64,000 bases of DNA from Candidatus Poriferisocius sp. (GCF_965202595.1 NZ_OZ241836.1:932202-996201); one strand, 5' to 3'. Positions 9,836-19,803 are shown, counted from the stretch's first letter. The notes: generated by a model not told the origin, from the letters alone. Numbers and translations are program-made.

Positions 9836-9886
9836 GGCAGCACTCTAGACGCGAATCGGGAAACCGGCCGGGGCAAGTGGTCCCTT

Positions 9887-10303
9887 CTACTTCTCTATCA
9901 GCTTCTCAAACAAGAGCGGCGTTATCACTGGTGATTGCTGTTCCAGGCACTCGAGCAGGTCCTTGTCGCCCGTAACGATGTAGTCGGCGGAATTTTCTCG
10001 TGCGAGGGCTACAAGGTAGTCATCGTTAACGTCACGCGTCGTAGGTTCAATAACCTGGGGGTTGGGGACGACATCGGCAAGAACCTGGATTGTCTCGATG
10101 AGACGTTGGGCAATATCTATGTTGACCCACTTGCGCATTCTTGGACGCCGGGTGAGCACATCAGTGATTTCGTTGATCAGCATCGGACATATGACGACCT
10201 CGAAGTGGTTCGATCCGGCAAGCCAGTGCATCACGATCCGCTGCGATGGGCCGGCCTGGATCAAAGCCGATACCCATACATTGGCATCCAACACCACCCG
10301 CAC
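9887..10303 (-). CDS. PIN-domain toxin
   Basis: 138 aa. N-terminal MRVVLDANVWVSA with the conserved Asp, plus a later ...IVTGDKDLL motif. Confidence 0.75.
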   Translation of the reverse strand: MRVVLDANVWVSALIQAGPSQRIVMHWLAGSNHFEVVICPMLINEITDVLTRRPRMRKWVNIDIAQRLIETIQVLADVVPNPQVIEPTTRDVNDDYLVALARENSADYIVTGDKDLLECLEQQSPVITPLLFEKLIEK

Positions 10304-10315
10304 GGCAGAGCTGGC

Positions 10316-10630
10316 TCAGCGAGCGTGCCGGCTGCGCCGCACCATCCGAACCTCCTCCACTGCCAGATTCAATGCCTCATCACCTGAAAGCTCGGAGTTG
10401 GCCGCAGAGTTTGCCACCAGATCGGCTCTGGTTCTGGAGGCGTAGTATTCCCATGCCGATTGACGAGTCATGCCGAGTGCTTCTCCGATCTCCTCCCATG
10501 TCGCACCAGATGCACGGGCCGCGGCTACCCAGCTTTGTCGCATTTTTTCCAGCTCGGTCTCAGTGCGCGTCAGCTCGCGCAGCGCGCCTAGTGGATCTGC
10601 CGGCAGGTCTTCAATGAGGGCCGAGCTCAT
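10316..10630 (-). CDS. Putative HTH antitoxin partner of the PIN toxin
   Basis: Lies immediately upstream of the PIN gene. The segment ...SGATWEEIGEALGMTRQSAWEYY... looks like a helix-turn-helix. I prefer the internal start MSSALIEDL. Confidence 0.45.
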   Translation of the reverse strand: MSSALIEDLPADPLGALRELTRTETELEKMRQSWVAAARASGATWEEIGEALGMTRQSAWEYYASRTRADLVANSAANSELSGDEALNLAVEEVRMVRRSRHAR

Positions 10631-10738
10631 ATTGTCAGGATAACCTGACAATCCCGCTTCACACAAAATCGCCGACGAGCCTCCCGGGTCGTTTACCTGC
10701 ACCACGGGCAGGCTGATTGGTGGGCCTTCCTCCGGTGG

Positions 10739-11926
10739 TTAGCGGGTGCAGATTACCGAGGAGCCGTGGCCGAACATGCCGTGGTTGATGCACAGGCCCA
10801 CTTTGGCCCCGTTTACCTGGCGGTGGCCGGCCTGGCCCCGGAGTTGCCAAACCAGCTCGCACACCTGGGCGATGGCCTGGGCGGGAACGGCCTCTCCGAA
10901 GGCCCCCAGCCCCCCCGATGGGTTCACGGGGATGCGCCCGCCCAGCGCGGTGTCGCCGGCCCGCAGCAACCGGGCGGCCTCACCCCGACCGCACAGGCCG
11001 ATGTGTTCGTACCAATCCAGCTCGTAGGCCGATGACAGGTCGTACACCTCGGCGAAATCCAGATCCTCGGGCGACACCGAGGCTTCCTCGTAGGCCCGGG
11101 CTGCGATGTTGTCCTTGAACGTCATGGTGTCGTCGCCGCCGGCGGCCCACGAGTCCGACGCCAGGTAGGGCAACTCGATGACGCTGTTGGGGTAGGTGGG
11201 GCTCACGGTGGAGATTCCCGACACCCGCACCGGATCCTCGACCCCCCGGGCCGCGGCCCATTCCAGGCTGGATACCACCAGTGCCGCCCCACCGTCGGAG
11301 GTGGCGCAGATCTCCAGCAGGCGCAGCGGGTCGGCCACCATCGGGGAGTTGGCGATGTCGTCGATGCCGTACTCCTTGGTGTAGCGGGCGTTGGGGTTGA
11401 GCGCCCCGTGGCGGGAGTTCTTCACCTTCACCGCAGCGAAATCCTCGGGGGTGTCGCCGTACAGCTCCATGCGCCGCCGGGCGTACAGGGCGAAGTAGGT
11501 GGGGTTGGTGGCCCCCACCAGATGGAACCGGAGCCAGTCGGGATCATCGTGGCGCTCGCCGGCATTGGGGGCGAAGAACCCCTTGGGGGTGGCCTCGGCC
11601 CCCACCACCAGAGCCACGTCGCAAACCCCGGACAGGATCTGGGCCCGGGCGATGCTCAGGGCGGTGGCCCCCGAGGCGCAAGCCGCATACGAACTGGCCA
11701 ACTGGCAGCCGGTGAACCCCAGGGCGTTGGCGAACGTGGAGGCCGACACGTAGCCGGGATAGCCGCACCGCACGCTGTTGGCCCCGGAGACGAACTGGAT
11801 CTCGTCCCAACCCACCTCGGCATCGGTCAGCGCCTCGCGGGCCGCCTTGACACCGTACTCCACGAAGTTGCGGCCCCACTTGCCCCACGGGTGCATACCC
11901 ACGCCCAAAACGGCGATCTCGTCCAT
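10739..11926 (-). CDS. Thiolase-like (SCP-x / lipid-transfer type) protein
   Basis: Thiolase fold with the active-site region ...SSYAACASGATAL... The MDEIAVLGVGMHPWGKW start overlaps the upstream stop as ATGA. Confidence 0.8.
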   Translation of the reverse strand: MDEIAVLGVGMHPWGKWGRNFVEYGVKAAREALTDAEVGWDEIQFVSGANSVRCGYPGYVSASTFANALGFTGCQLASSYAACASGATALSIARAQILSGVCDVALVVGAEATPKGFFAPNAGERHDDPDWLRFHLVGATNPTYFALYARRRMELYGDTPEDFAAVKVKNSRHGALNPNARYTKEYGIDDIANSPMVADPLRLLEICATSDGGAALVVSSLEWAAARGVEDPVRVSGISTVSPTYPNSVIELPYLASDSWAAGGDDTMTFKDNIAARAYEEASVSPEDLDFAEVYDLSSAYELDWYEHIGLCGRGEAARLLRAGDTALGGRIPVNPSGGLGAFGEAVPAQAIAQVCELVWQLRGQAGHRQVNGAKVGLCINHGMFGHGSSVICTR

Positions 11927-12384
11927 CAGCCTTCCCCTCTGGTGGCCGGCCCCGCCGGGGCCCACTTCCAAACCAGGTAGTCGTGCTCGTCGTCGGAGTG
12001 GAGCACATCGAGCACCAGTTCCATCTCCATGCCCACCGCCAGATCGTTCACCGCCACGCCGGGAGCCACCTGACCCAAAACCACCAGGTGTTCCTCGACG
12101 AGCTCCACCGCGGCGACTGCGTAGGGCTCGAACTTGTCACCGGGAATGACGAAGGGGGCGGGAGGGGCGTACTCGCCGGTGGTGAACGACCACAGCTTGC
12201 CGGTGCGGCTGAGCAGCACCTCCTCGATTTCGTCCCCCAGGCAGGCCGGGTCGGATCCGGCCAGCGTTCTGGGAAAGAAGTACGAGCCCCGGCTGCGGGC
12301 CCACCCCCCGATGAGGCGGGGCTCCTCGGGGTCGAGCGTGAACAGCCCCTCCACCGCCGCCACCGGCGTTCTCGTCGTGGTCAC
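11926..12384 (-). CDS. DUF35-type OB-fold protein (thiolase partner)
   Basis: 152 aa, translationally coupled to the thiolase-like gene. This is the usual pairing for such thiolases. Confidence 0.6.
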   Translation of the reverse strand: MTTTRTPVAAVEGLFTLDPEEPRLIGGWARSRGSYFFPRTLAGSDPACLGDEIEEVLLSRTGKLWSFTTGEYAPPAPFVIPGDKFEPYAVAAVELVEEHLVVLGQVAPGVAVNDLAVGMEMELVLDVLHSDDEHDYLVWKWAPAGPATRGEG

Positions 12385-12432
12385 ACCGCCAGCTTAGGCC
12401 CGCTGCCTCACGGCGGCCCATCCGGTGCCGGA

Positions 12433-12467
12433 GTTACGTTTTGACGGTGGCCGGGGTTACGTTTTGA
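12433..12467. repeat. 23-bp-period direct repeat GTTACGTTTTGA x2 abutting the cotH-like start codon
   Basis: gttacgttttga occurs at 12433-12444 and 12456-12467. The GTG start is at 12471. Confidence 0.7.
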
Positions 12468-12470
12468 TCC

Positions 12471-14384
12471 GTGCGCCGGCTATCGACCTTTTTGGTGGTG
12501 GCCATGGTGTTGTTCGGCGCTGCCTGCGGTGGCGGGGATGAAGACATCGGCCGATCCCCTGCGGGGACTCCCTCGACTGCGGCCTCCCCCGGCCCGGTCG
12601 CGCCCAGTCCTACCCCAGGAGCCACGAAACCTCCGCAGGAGCCGGCATCGGAGCCGACCGCCACTCCGGCCGCCTCACGGGAAATCGAGGCCGACCCCGA
12701 TCCCAGCGAGGCTTATTTCAACCTGGAGCGTGTGCTCGACATAAGCATCCAGATCGACACCGGGGATTGGGATGTTCTGCGCAACCAGACCCGCACTTTC
12801 CAAGATTTAATTGCCGAAATCGGGGAGTACGAACTTTCCCGGCCGTTCTCCGACATCTATTCCTGGTTCCCGGCCACGGTGACGGTGGACGGCGAGACAC
12901 ACACCGATGTCGGGGTGCGCAAGAAGGGTTTCATCGGATCCCAGAGCAACACCAAACCCGCGCTCAAGCTGCGCTTCGACAAGTACGTGGACGGTCAAAG
13001 CCTGGGCGGGGTCATCGAGAGAATGACCTTGAACAACAGCGTCCAGGACCCCTCCATGCTCAATACCTGCCTCGCCTACCGGGTGTTTACCGCCGCGGGC
13101 AATATCGCCCCGCGCTGCAACTTCGCCACGGTGTCGGTGAACGGCAGCGACCTCGGGCTGTACGTGCAGGTGGAGGAGATCAAGGCCCCGTTTTTGGCCC
13201 GCCACTTCGACAGCACCGGGGGCAACATCTATGAGGGCACGGTCAGCGATTTCACCGAAACCTACCGGGGCACCATCGAGAAGAAGAACAACGAGGATGC
13301 CGGTGACTGGTCGGACATTCAGGCAGTGGTGGAGGCGTTGGAGGATTCCTCTGAGCGAGGGTTGAAAAAGCTGGGCGAGATCGTTGATCTGGACAGGTTC
13401 CTAACCTTTTGGGCCACCGAAGTGCTGGTGGGACATTGGGACGGGTACGCGGGCAACCGCAACAACTACTGGTTCTATCGCGAGCCGCAGGGCCGTTTCG
13501 TGTTCATTCCCTGGGGTGTTGACGGCACCTTCCACCTGGAGGACGACCCCAATCCCTTCGACAACATCTCCAGCCCTCCCCCGTCGGTGCTGGCTCTGTC
13601 GGCCATCCCCAACCGCCTCTACAGCCACCCCGATTGGAGGGCGGCGTATGCCAAGAGGCTGGAGGAAATCCTCGATACCGCCTGGGACGAGGATGAACTC
13701 CTAGCCCTGGTGGACGAGATGGCGGCCATCGTTCAGCTCCATGCCCTGCCTGAGGAAGCCGAAGCCGCCGCTGCCGGCACCGAGCGGGTTCGCAAGTTCA
13801 TCCACGAGCGAAGGGGTGAGATACTCGCCGATCTCGTCCCCTCTCCACCGCACTGGCCGGGGTCGGCACCAGCCCCACCACCCCCCGCCGCCGTGGAGAC
13901 CGTGGAGGTTGCCTTCGAGACCACATGGGGCAGCCACCTCAACCCCGACCCTGTGGGGATGGGATCCATCAGCAGTCTGCTACTGAACGGCTCGGAGGAA
14001 ACCGCCGAGAACGTGGGGGTCTTCTCCGGCTATCCCAGCCCGGAGGAGAAGGCCCTGCTCCCGGACGTGGCCGAAACCGCCGCCATCGTGTTGATGAACT
14101 TCGAGGAGGACGGTTCCACCAGCGGGATGACCCTGGTTGTGGATCTGGCTCTGGTCGAAGCCGGTGCCACGCTCGCCATCGGTTCCGATGCGATCGCGGG
14201 AGGAGTGTGGTACTTGCCGCCCGGCGCTACCTCCCCCGAGTGGTTCTCCCCCTTCGTTGACGGCACGCTGGAGCTTTCCAGGGCGGGCACCGATACGGAG
14301 GATGTGATTGCCGGAAACTTCTCGGGTGTCTTCGGGGATGGCGCGGAGCCGGCCGCCGGTGTCAGGGGACTTCCGAACCGTTGA
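12471..14384 (+). CDS. CotH-family (kinase-like) lipoprotein
   Basis: Signal and lipobox MRRLSTFLVVAMVLFGAACGG. The central region ...GHWDGYAGNRNNYWFYREPQGRFVFIPWGVDGTF... resembles the CotH core. Confidence 0.65.
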   Translation: MRRLSTFLVVAMVLFGAACGGGDEDIGRSPAGTPSTAASPGPVAPSPTPGATKPPQEPASEPTATPAASREIEADPDPSEAYFNLERVLDISIQIDTGDWDVLRNQTRTFQDLIAEIGEYELSRPFSDIYSWFPATVTVDGETHTDVGVRKKGFIGSQSNTKPALKLRFDKYVDGQSLGGVIERMTLNNSVQDPSMLNTCLAYRVFTAAGNIAPRCNFATVSVNGSDLGLYVQVEEIKAPFLARHFDSTGGNIYEGTVSDFTETYRGTIEKKNNEDAGDWSDIQAVVEALEDSSERGLKKLGEIVDLDRFLTFWATEVLVGHWDGYAGNRNNYWFYREPQGRFVFIPWGVDGTFHLEDDPNPFDNISSPPPSVLALSAIPNRLYSHPDWRAAYAKRLEEILDTAWDEDELLALVDEMAAIVQLHALPEEAEAAAAGTERVRKFIHERRGEILADLVPSPPHWPGSAPAPPPPAAVETVEVAFETTWGSHLNPDPVGMGSISSLLLNGSEETAENVGVFSGYPSPEEKALLPDVAETAAIVLMNFEEDGSTSGMTLVVDLALVEAGATLAIGSDAIAGGVWYLPPGATSPEWFSPFVDGTLELSRAGTDTEDVIAGNFSGVFGDGAEPAAGVRGLPNR

Positions 14385-14430
14385 CAACCCCACACCGGGA
14401 GCTGCCAACCGGCAGTAGGCGTGTTTTTCC
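14371..14430 (+). repeat. Boundary repeat F, copy 1; overlaps the cotH-like stop codon
   Basis: ttccgaaccgttgacaaccccacaccgggagc is identical to 19804-19835. The next ~28 bp are roughly 75 percent similar. Confidence 0.85.
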
Positions 14431-14454
14431 CAATTCGTCAGGCGCTCCGCAACT

Positions 14455-16980
14455 CTATGTCTCTATCACCAAGGGCACATCGGCTTGGTTTGCTATCGGG
14501 GTCCAAAGGTCTACCTCAATCTCAGGTGATTCGACAGACACGATGAGTGCGTAGCGAACACCATCCTTGCTCCGGTCGCGTGACTTGCGCTCTTTCCACC
14601 AACCTGTCACGGGATAGACAGCGATTGCTCCGCGTGCGGCAAGCTCAACTGCGGGCCCCTTCCAGTGATCAACATGCAATGACCCGCGCACCCGTTCTTG
14701 GGGACCAAGCAACCATTGACCGCTGTCCCTCTCCGAAGTTGGGCGTTCTTCGCCCTCGGCAAGAGCGAGCTTGTTGATTCGCTTGCGAAAGTCATCGGTG
14801 GTTTCGGTAGGCTTCCGCACGTCGAATCGGAGACCGTGGGAGGCGTACCGGAACCGTCGTGTCCAGCCACGCCGAGCTGGATTAGGCTCAATGAAGTAAG
14901 ATAAAACGACTCGCATCTCCACTATTTCTTCACCGAGACCACTTAATACATCAGTGGGCCATGGGAGACTGTGCAAGTGCATCTCGCGCATCCTGCCGTC
15001 GCGATAGGGGTGAATTAGGTTCTGGCTAATTAGCGTGACCGAATCGTTGGCAGACCGTAGCGCTCGGCTTATGTCGGGCACGCCCCATCCGTAGCGACGT
15101 AGCTTCGCTACGGTACTTTGTCGATTGGCTCCGTTGAAGTGGCCTTTCATGGTCTCGGTCCAGCGGGCGGAATGAACAATCAGACCCCGAATAGTCTCTG
15201 GCCACAGGTGCGGGTACTTGGTCGACAGTTGTTGTGCGAGATGAGCTGCCTGAGCGGTGGCTGGGCTCGTACCAGCAGCCGTGGTGAGGAGCCTACCCCC
15301 AAGCACTGGCGAGCGTGTAGTGAGGAGTTGGAGGCCGGGAGGGGTATCTATCGACTGGTTCGACGGAGAGATCGCTGCGTTTCCACCCTCGAGAACTATT
15401 TCGGGTTTGTGAGGCCACTGTGTGCGAAAGCTGACTGAGGTCCGGCTGAAGGGAGACAGCTCACCTATTTGCGCAAGTGGTTTCCAACCCTTGAAGTCCT
15501 CGTGGTGAATGTGAGATAGATTGGTGTAAGCACCGACAGTCAAGGCATTCCATGCCTGGCCGGGATCTTCGACCGGTTCAATATCGCTTCGCTCAAGGTG
15601 GTTCCTGTCGTAGGGGCCGCGTACATTACCGGACGCAACGATGAACAAGCGTTGCGCATTACTAGCGGGTTTGTCGATATAGATCAGGTTGCCTTCAGAA
15701 GCAAAGACTGCGCGGCCAGCTGCAAGAGCGTCGATGGTGGATGACCACGCCGACGGCTCTCCAAGATGTGAAGGGTACATAGCTGTGTTGGTGGCTGTGA
15801 CTGCGAGAACAAATGTCCGATGCCGCTGAGGTTGGTTGATCTCAACAATCGATATTGCCTGCGCAGTTATGGCACCGTAAAACTGGGGGTCATTCTGTCC
15901 TGTGTTGGGCAGGATTTTTACCGACTCAATCCAGCCCTGAACATTGACCGGACCACCAACCATAAGGCACTTGGCTAGATCCCCATAAACCACCAGTCCG
16001 GCCATCTCGGTGCCATGTCCTCGACGATCATCGCTGCCCCAATGAGGCTGGACGCTATGAGCATCATTTTTCGAAATCGCAACACGGAGCAATGGATGGC
16101 CTATCGCAATTCCCGTGTCCAAAAGACATGTCACAGCCGCGTTATCAGGTGGCACAACAAGCCTCCCTGCCAACTCATCAACGAACTCACTCTGCTCAGA
16201 AGCGGGCAGTTCAGCCAGAAACTGGGTAGCTTCAACCGGATGGCGAAGCTCAGCAAGGTCATCAAGAAGGTCGAGTGCTGTTCCGAGCTGAGCTGGAGTG
16301 GCTCGCACGAGCATGACTATGCGATCCTCAAACGCAAGTTGTTGATGTTTTATCTCCATACCAGTGATCTCAGCGAAACTCAAAAGTCGTTGATCAGCTC
16401 TCTCACGGTGACGCAGCCACAACTCCCACCAAACTGCCACATCGCTATCAGGGAACTCGTCTGGGTTTTCGGTCCACAAAGCACGAAGCGTTGCCAGTCG
16501 CACCCCTGCGATCCTCTCGACCAGATTTTTGTTCTTTGGGTTACCGCCCGTGGTATCTTCAGAAATGTATTCCTCAAAGCGCTTTATGAATTTACCTACC
16601 CAGTCATCAGGAATAAAAACAGTAGCAAGCTGAGTGGGTTTGCCGTCAATATCTCTTGTCGTTACAGCGCACAGTTCAGGGTGAACGCTCCCCTGTTGCG
16701 GTTCGAGCGAGGTCAGTGCTAACTCGAAACCAGGTTGTGACTCGAACTCCATGTAGATGCCATCGAGAGCACCTTCAACCCGAACTGCTCCATGGTCATC
16801 CTTGCGCTTTTGAGATTCTCCGACGGCAATGCCAAACTGTTTGAGGAGTTTGTCACCGTGCTGCACCCGGTCGGACGGTGATGGCGGTGCCGTTAGCCAA
16901 GGAGCGGCTGCAAACGGTTTGTACTCATCGATATGGGGATCCCGCGTCATTATCACATGGGATCTGTTCCGTTCTGCCAC
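14455..16980 (-). CDS. S8 (subtilisin-like) serine peptidase, IetS-like
   Basis: Catalytic triad contexts LLDTGIAIGHP (Asp), GHGTEMAG (His) and AAGTSPATA (Ser). It starts 9 nt downstream of the AAA+ gene. Confidence 0.85.
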   Translation of the reverse strand: MAERNRSHVIMTRDPHIDEYKPFAAAPWLTAPPSPSDRVQHGDKLLKQFGIAVGESQKRKDDHGAVRVEGALDGIYMEFESQPGFELALTSLEPQQGSVHPELCAVTTRDIDGKPTQLATVFIPDDWVGKFIKRFEEYISEDTTGGNPKNKNLVERIAGVRLATLRALWTENPDEFPDSDVAVWWELWLRHRERADQRLLSFAEITGMEIKHQQLAFEDRIVMLVRATPAQLGTALDLLDDLAELRHPVEATQFLAELPASEQSEFVDELAGRLVVPPDNAAVTCLLDTGIAIGHPLLRVAISKNDAHSVQPHWGSDDRRGHGTEMAGLVVYGDLAKCLMVGGPVNVQGWIESVKILPNTGQNDPQFYGAITAQAISIVEINQPQRHRTFVLAVTATNTAMYPSHLGEPSAWSSTIDALAAGRAVFASEGNLIYIDKPASNAQRLFIVASGNVRGPYDRNHLERSDIEPVEDPGQAWNALTVGAYTNLSHIHHEDFKGWKPLAQIGELSPFSRTSVSFRTQWPHKPEIVLEGGNAAISPSNQSIDTPPGLQLLTTRSPVLGGRLLTTAAGTSPATAQAAHLAQQLSTKYPHLWPETIRGLIVHSARWTETMKGHFNGANRQSTVAKLRRYGWGVPDISRALRSANDSVTLISQNLIHPYRDGRMREMHLHSLPWPTDVLSGLGEEIVEMRVVLSYFIEPNPARRGWTRRFRYASHGLRFDVRKPTETTDDFRKRINKLALAEGEERPTSERDSGQWLLGPQERVRGSLHVDHWKGPAVELAARGAIAVYPVTGWWKERKSRDRSKDGVRYALIVSVESPEIEVDLWTPIANQADVPLVIET

Positions 16981-16989
16981 CTTCCGGCC

Positions 16990-17970
16990 TTACTCAGATG
17001 GTGAGATGACCGATACCTGTCGCGCCTGGAGCGCTTCCACCAGGAGCTTTGTACCTACTTTCTCCTGGTCAATTAGGATCGCTTCTTTGGCTGCCTGTTC
17101 AGCAGCAGCCGTGATCTCCGAGTGGCTCAAACCCTTTGCTATCGAGGACACCTGCTGCCAACACACCGTTCCGAGATCAAACATGGCGAGGCGATTGCGG
17201 ATCACCTGCTTGGCGATCTCCCCCGACGGCATCGGGTAGTTCAACATTACGTCGAATCGGCGGTAAAGAGCTCGGTCAAGATGCTCAGGCAGATTTGACG
17301 TGGCAATAATAACGCTGTTGGACGCGTCTTGCTCCAAAAACTGGAGGAACGAGTTGAGCACCCTGCGAATCTCGCCGACATCGTTGCTGTTGGTGCGTGC
17401 TCCGGCGAGCGCATCAACCTCGTCGAACAGGTATGCTCCTGCGGTCTCGGCTAGTTGATCGAAAATGAGTCGCAGCTTCGCCGCTGTCTCACCCATGAAC
17501 TTCGTAATTAACCCCTCTAGCCGAACGGTGAACAACGGAAGGCGCAACTCCCCTGCCAGCACCCGCGCCGTCAGTGTCTTCCCCGTCCCTGGCGGGCCAA
17601 CCAGCAACAGGCGGCGCAGAGGCGCGAAGCCTGCTGCTCTGAGCCGGTCCCGTTGCCTCTGTTCATGTAACACTCTACGCAGCGCCGACAGTACATCCTT
17701 GTCCAGCGACAAGTCCGATAGTCGCTGTTCGGGATACTCCACTGAGAGCAGCGAAGCCAGATCGCCGCGCGGCGCAACCATCGGGGTAGGTACTGCCTTC
17801 GCAGAGCGCCCTTTCGCGGCGTCAATCAACTCCCGCAAGTCCTGCGCGTACCCTGCATGACCGTTACGAGCTTCCCGAGCCGCCATCTGAAGGGCGACCG
17901 CGTAGAACTGGTAGTCGTCGCCCGCGGCGTGACTCCTGATCAAAGCCTTCACTTGATCCGCTGTAGCCAA
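16990..17970 (-). CDS. AAA+ ATPase, IetA-like
   Basis: Walker A GPPGTGKT and Walker B YLFDEVDAL. It is the first gene of a two-gene operon with the S8 peptidase. Confidence 0.85.
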   Translation of the reverse strand: MATADQVKALIRSHAAGDDYQFYAVALQMAAREARNGHAGYAQDLRELIDAAKGRSAKAVPTPMVAPRGDLASLLSVEYPEQRLSDLSLDKDVLSALRRVLHEQRQRDRLRAAGFAPLRRLLLVGPPGTGKTLTARVLAGELRLPLFTVRLEGLITKFMGETAAKLRLIFDQLAETAGAYLFDEVDALAGARTNSNDVGEIRRVLNSFLQFLEQDASNSVIIATSNLPEHLDRALYRRFDVMLNYPMPSGEIAKQVIRNRLAMFDLGTVCWQQVSSIAKGLSHSEITAAAEQAAKEAILIDQEKVGTKLLVEALQARQVSVISPSE

Positions 17971-18126
17971 CCTCTACACCTCGCTCAGTCCTTCAACCTA
18001 TGTTAGATGAAGATCATGGCCTGAGCCATGGAAAGGTTGACCATCCTGCCAGCCGCCCCAACGGTATCTGCCGTCGCAGCGTGGACGGTGGGGGCAGGGC
18101 ATCTGTGGACCGTGACGAGCTCCTCA

Positions 18127-18158
18127 CCCAACCGAACTGTCAACAACCTCCATAAGGG
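18127..18158 (-). repeat. Dispersed repeat E copy (reverse orientation)
   Basis: cccaaccgaactgtcaacaacctccataaggg is the reverse complement of the core at 30297-30328. Confidence 0.8.
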
Positions 18159-18163
18159 TGAAG

Positions 18164-18196
18164 GCTGACAGCCCGCTGCGCGTCCAAATTGTCAGC
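18164..18196. promoter_or_regulatory. Inverted repeat GCTGACA-N19-TGTCAGC in the divergent ietA / DUF4143 intergenic region
   Basis: Arms at 18164-18170 and 18190-18196. This is only a possible operator. Confidence 0.2.
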
Positions 18197-18249
18197 TAGT
18201 AGCCGTCTGATTAGTAGTGTATCTTCCGTCGATTCGGTAGTCTTGTGGT

Positions 18250-19521
18250 GTGGGGTATCAGCGCCGGATTGTTGACGAGGAACTTGATGAGCTTCTCACG
18301 GGCTTGCCGGCAGTATCACTGGAGGGCCCCAAGGCTGTGGGTAAGACCGAGACGGCGCTGCAACGTGCAGGCACTGTTCATCGGCTGGACGACCCGGGGC
18401 AACTGGAGATTTTCCGTGCCGCTCCGGAGCGTCTGATCAGCGGTGATCCACCGGTACTCGTGGATGAGTGGCAACGGCTACCAGCTTCGTGGGACCTGGT
18501 CCGCCGGGCGGTTGATAGTGACCCGGCACCGTCAAGGTTCTTGCTCACCGGCTCGGCAGCACCTGCCGAAACTCCCATCCACTCGGGTGCCGAACGAATC
18601 CTCACGGTGCGTATGCGACCGATGTCTCTGGCGGAGCGAGGCCTTGAGGTTCCTTCGGTACGACTCGCCGAGATGCTCTCCGGCTCACTTCCAGCACTCG
18701 GGGGAGCCAGTCGGATCGGGCTGGCCGACTATGCCGAGGAGATCACAAGGTCCGGGTTTCCCGCCATACGCCAGCTCAGCGGCCGGCTGCTTCGGTCGCA
18801 GCTCGATGGCTACATCGACCGCATTGTCGAGCGGGATTTCGTTGAAGCCGGTCACCGAGTGCGGAACCGAGGCGCACTTCGCCGGTGGCTCAGCGCTTAT
18901 GCTGCCGCATTATCCACGACCGCGTCCTACGAGGTGATTCGGGATGCGGCGACCCCGGGCGAGGACGACAAACCGGCCAAAACCACCACGGGCCCGTACC
19001 GTTCCACCCTTGAAGGGCTTTGGATAATCGAAGATGTTCCGGCCTGGGCACCGTCCCGCAATCGATTGCGTCGCCTCGGCGCCTCTCCTGTCCACCAACT
19101 TGTTGACCCCGCACTTGCAGCTCGGCTACTGGGTACCGATACCGACGCACTCCTGGGCAACAAACCGGCAGGACCTCCCGTGCCCCGTGATGGCACACTG
19201 CTGGGCGCGTTGTTCCAGTCGCTGGTGACCCTGTCTGTGCGCACCTACGCACAGGCCAACGAGGCTCGAGTCAGCCACCTGCGCACCCACGGGGGCGAAC
19301 ACGAGATCGACCTAATCGTGGAACGCAGGGATGGCCGGGTTGTCGCCCTTGAGGTGAAGCTCGCCGCAACAATCCATGACAACGACACCCGACATCTTCA
19401 TTGGCTTGCCAACACGATCGGCGAGGATCTCCTTGACGCAGCCATCATCACCACGGGCACCGAGGCCTACCGCCGCCCCGACAAAATCGGCATCATCCCC
19501 GCTGCCCTCCTTACTGCGTAG
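18250..19521 (+). CDS. AAA_14/DUF4143-type ATP-binding protein
   Basis: P-loop EGPKAVGKTE, followed by ...VLVDEWQRLP... and a C-terminal ...EIDLIVE...VALEVK... (restriction-endonuclease-like fold of DUF4143 proteins). Confidence 0.7.
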   Translation: MGYQRRIVDEELDELLTGLPAVSLEGPKAVGKTETALQRAGTVHRLDDPGQLEIFRAAPERLISGDPPVLVDEWQRLPASWDLVRRAVDSDPAPSRFLLTGSAAPAETPIHSGAERILTVRMRPMSLAERGLEVPSVRLAEMLSGSLPALGGASRIGLADYAEEITRSGFPAIRQLSGRLLRSQLDGYIDRIVERDFVEAGHRVRNRGALRRWLSAYAAALSTTASYEVIRDAATPGEDDKPAKTTTGPYRSTLEGLWIIEDVPAWAPSRNRLRRLGASPVHQLVDPALAARLLGTDTDALLGNKPAGPPVPRDGTLLGALFQSLVTLSVRTYAQANEARVSHLRTHGGEHEIDLIVERRDGRVVALEVKLAATIHDNDTRHLHWLANTIGEDLLDAAIITTGTEAYRRPDKIGIIPAALLTA

Positions 19522-19803
19522 CGCCCAATCCCAGAAGAGACATCACCTCGATGCGGGCACGCTCACCCGCATACAAACTCTGTGCCGTACTGAACTACCT
19601 CCACAGGTAGATTGTGAATACCTCAGACTGACCATCATGGCCGACCTGTCGCGATCACCAGTTGAGCCTGCCGTCGCTCGGGGCTGATATCGCCAACGAT
19701 GTCAGTAAACTTGCGGTGTCCCACTGGTCTTGCTCCTTTAGTCGGTTGTGTCATCGAAGGCCAGGGCCAGAGCTACGCCCGCATCCCCGACGTAACCGGG
19801 AAT

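Noticed and set aside
14385-14454. tRNA or tmRNA gene as the integration target at the island boundaries (also 30200-30340)
   Set aside because: I could not fold any cloverleaf-like arm set, and there is no GGTTCGAATCC-type T-arm. The boundary repeat derives from the 3' end of the cotH-like gene, not from a tRNA.
19635-19754. 39-aa reverse-strand ORF (MTQPTKGARPVGHRKFTDIVGDISPERRQAQLVIATGRP) reminiscent of an XRE/HigA-type antitoxin N-terminus
   Set aside because: It is too short, has no Shine-Dalgarno sequence and no partner gene. The resemblance is impressionistic. It may be a gene remnant, but I cannot support that from sequence alone.
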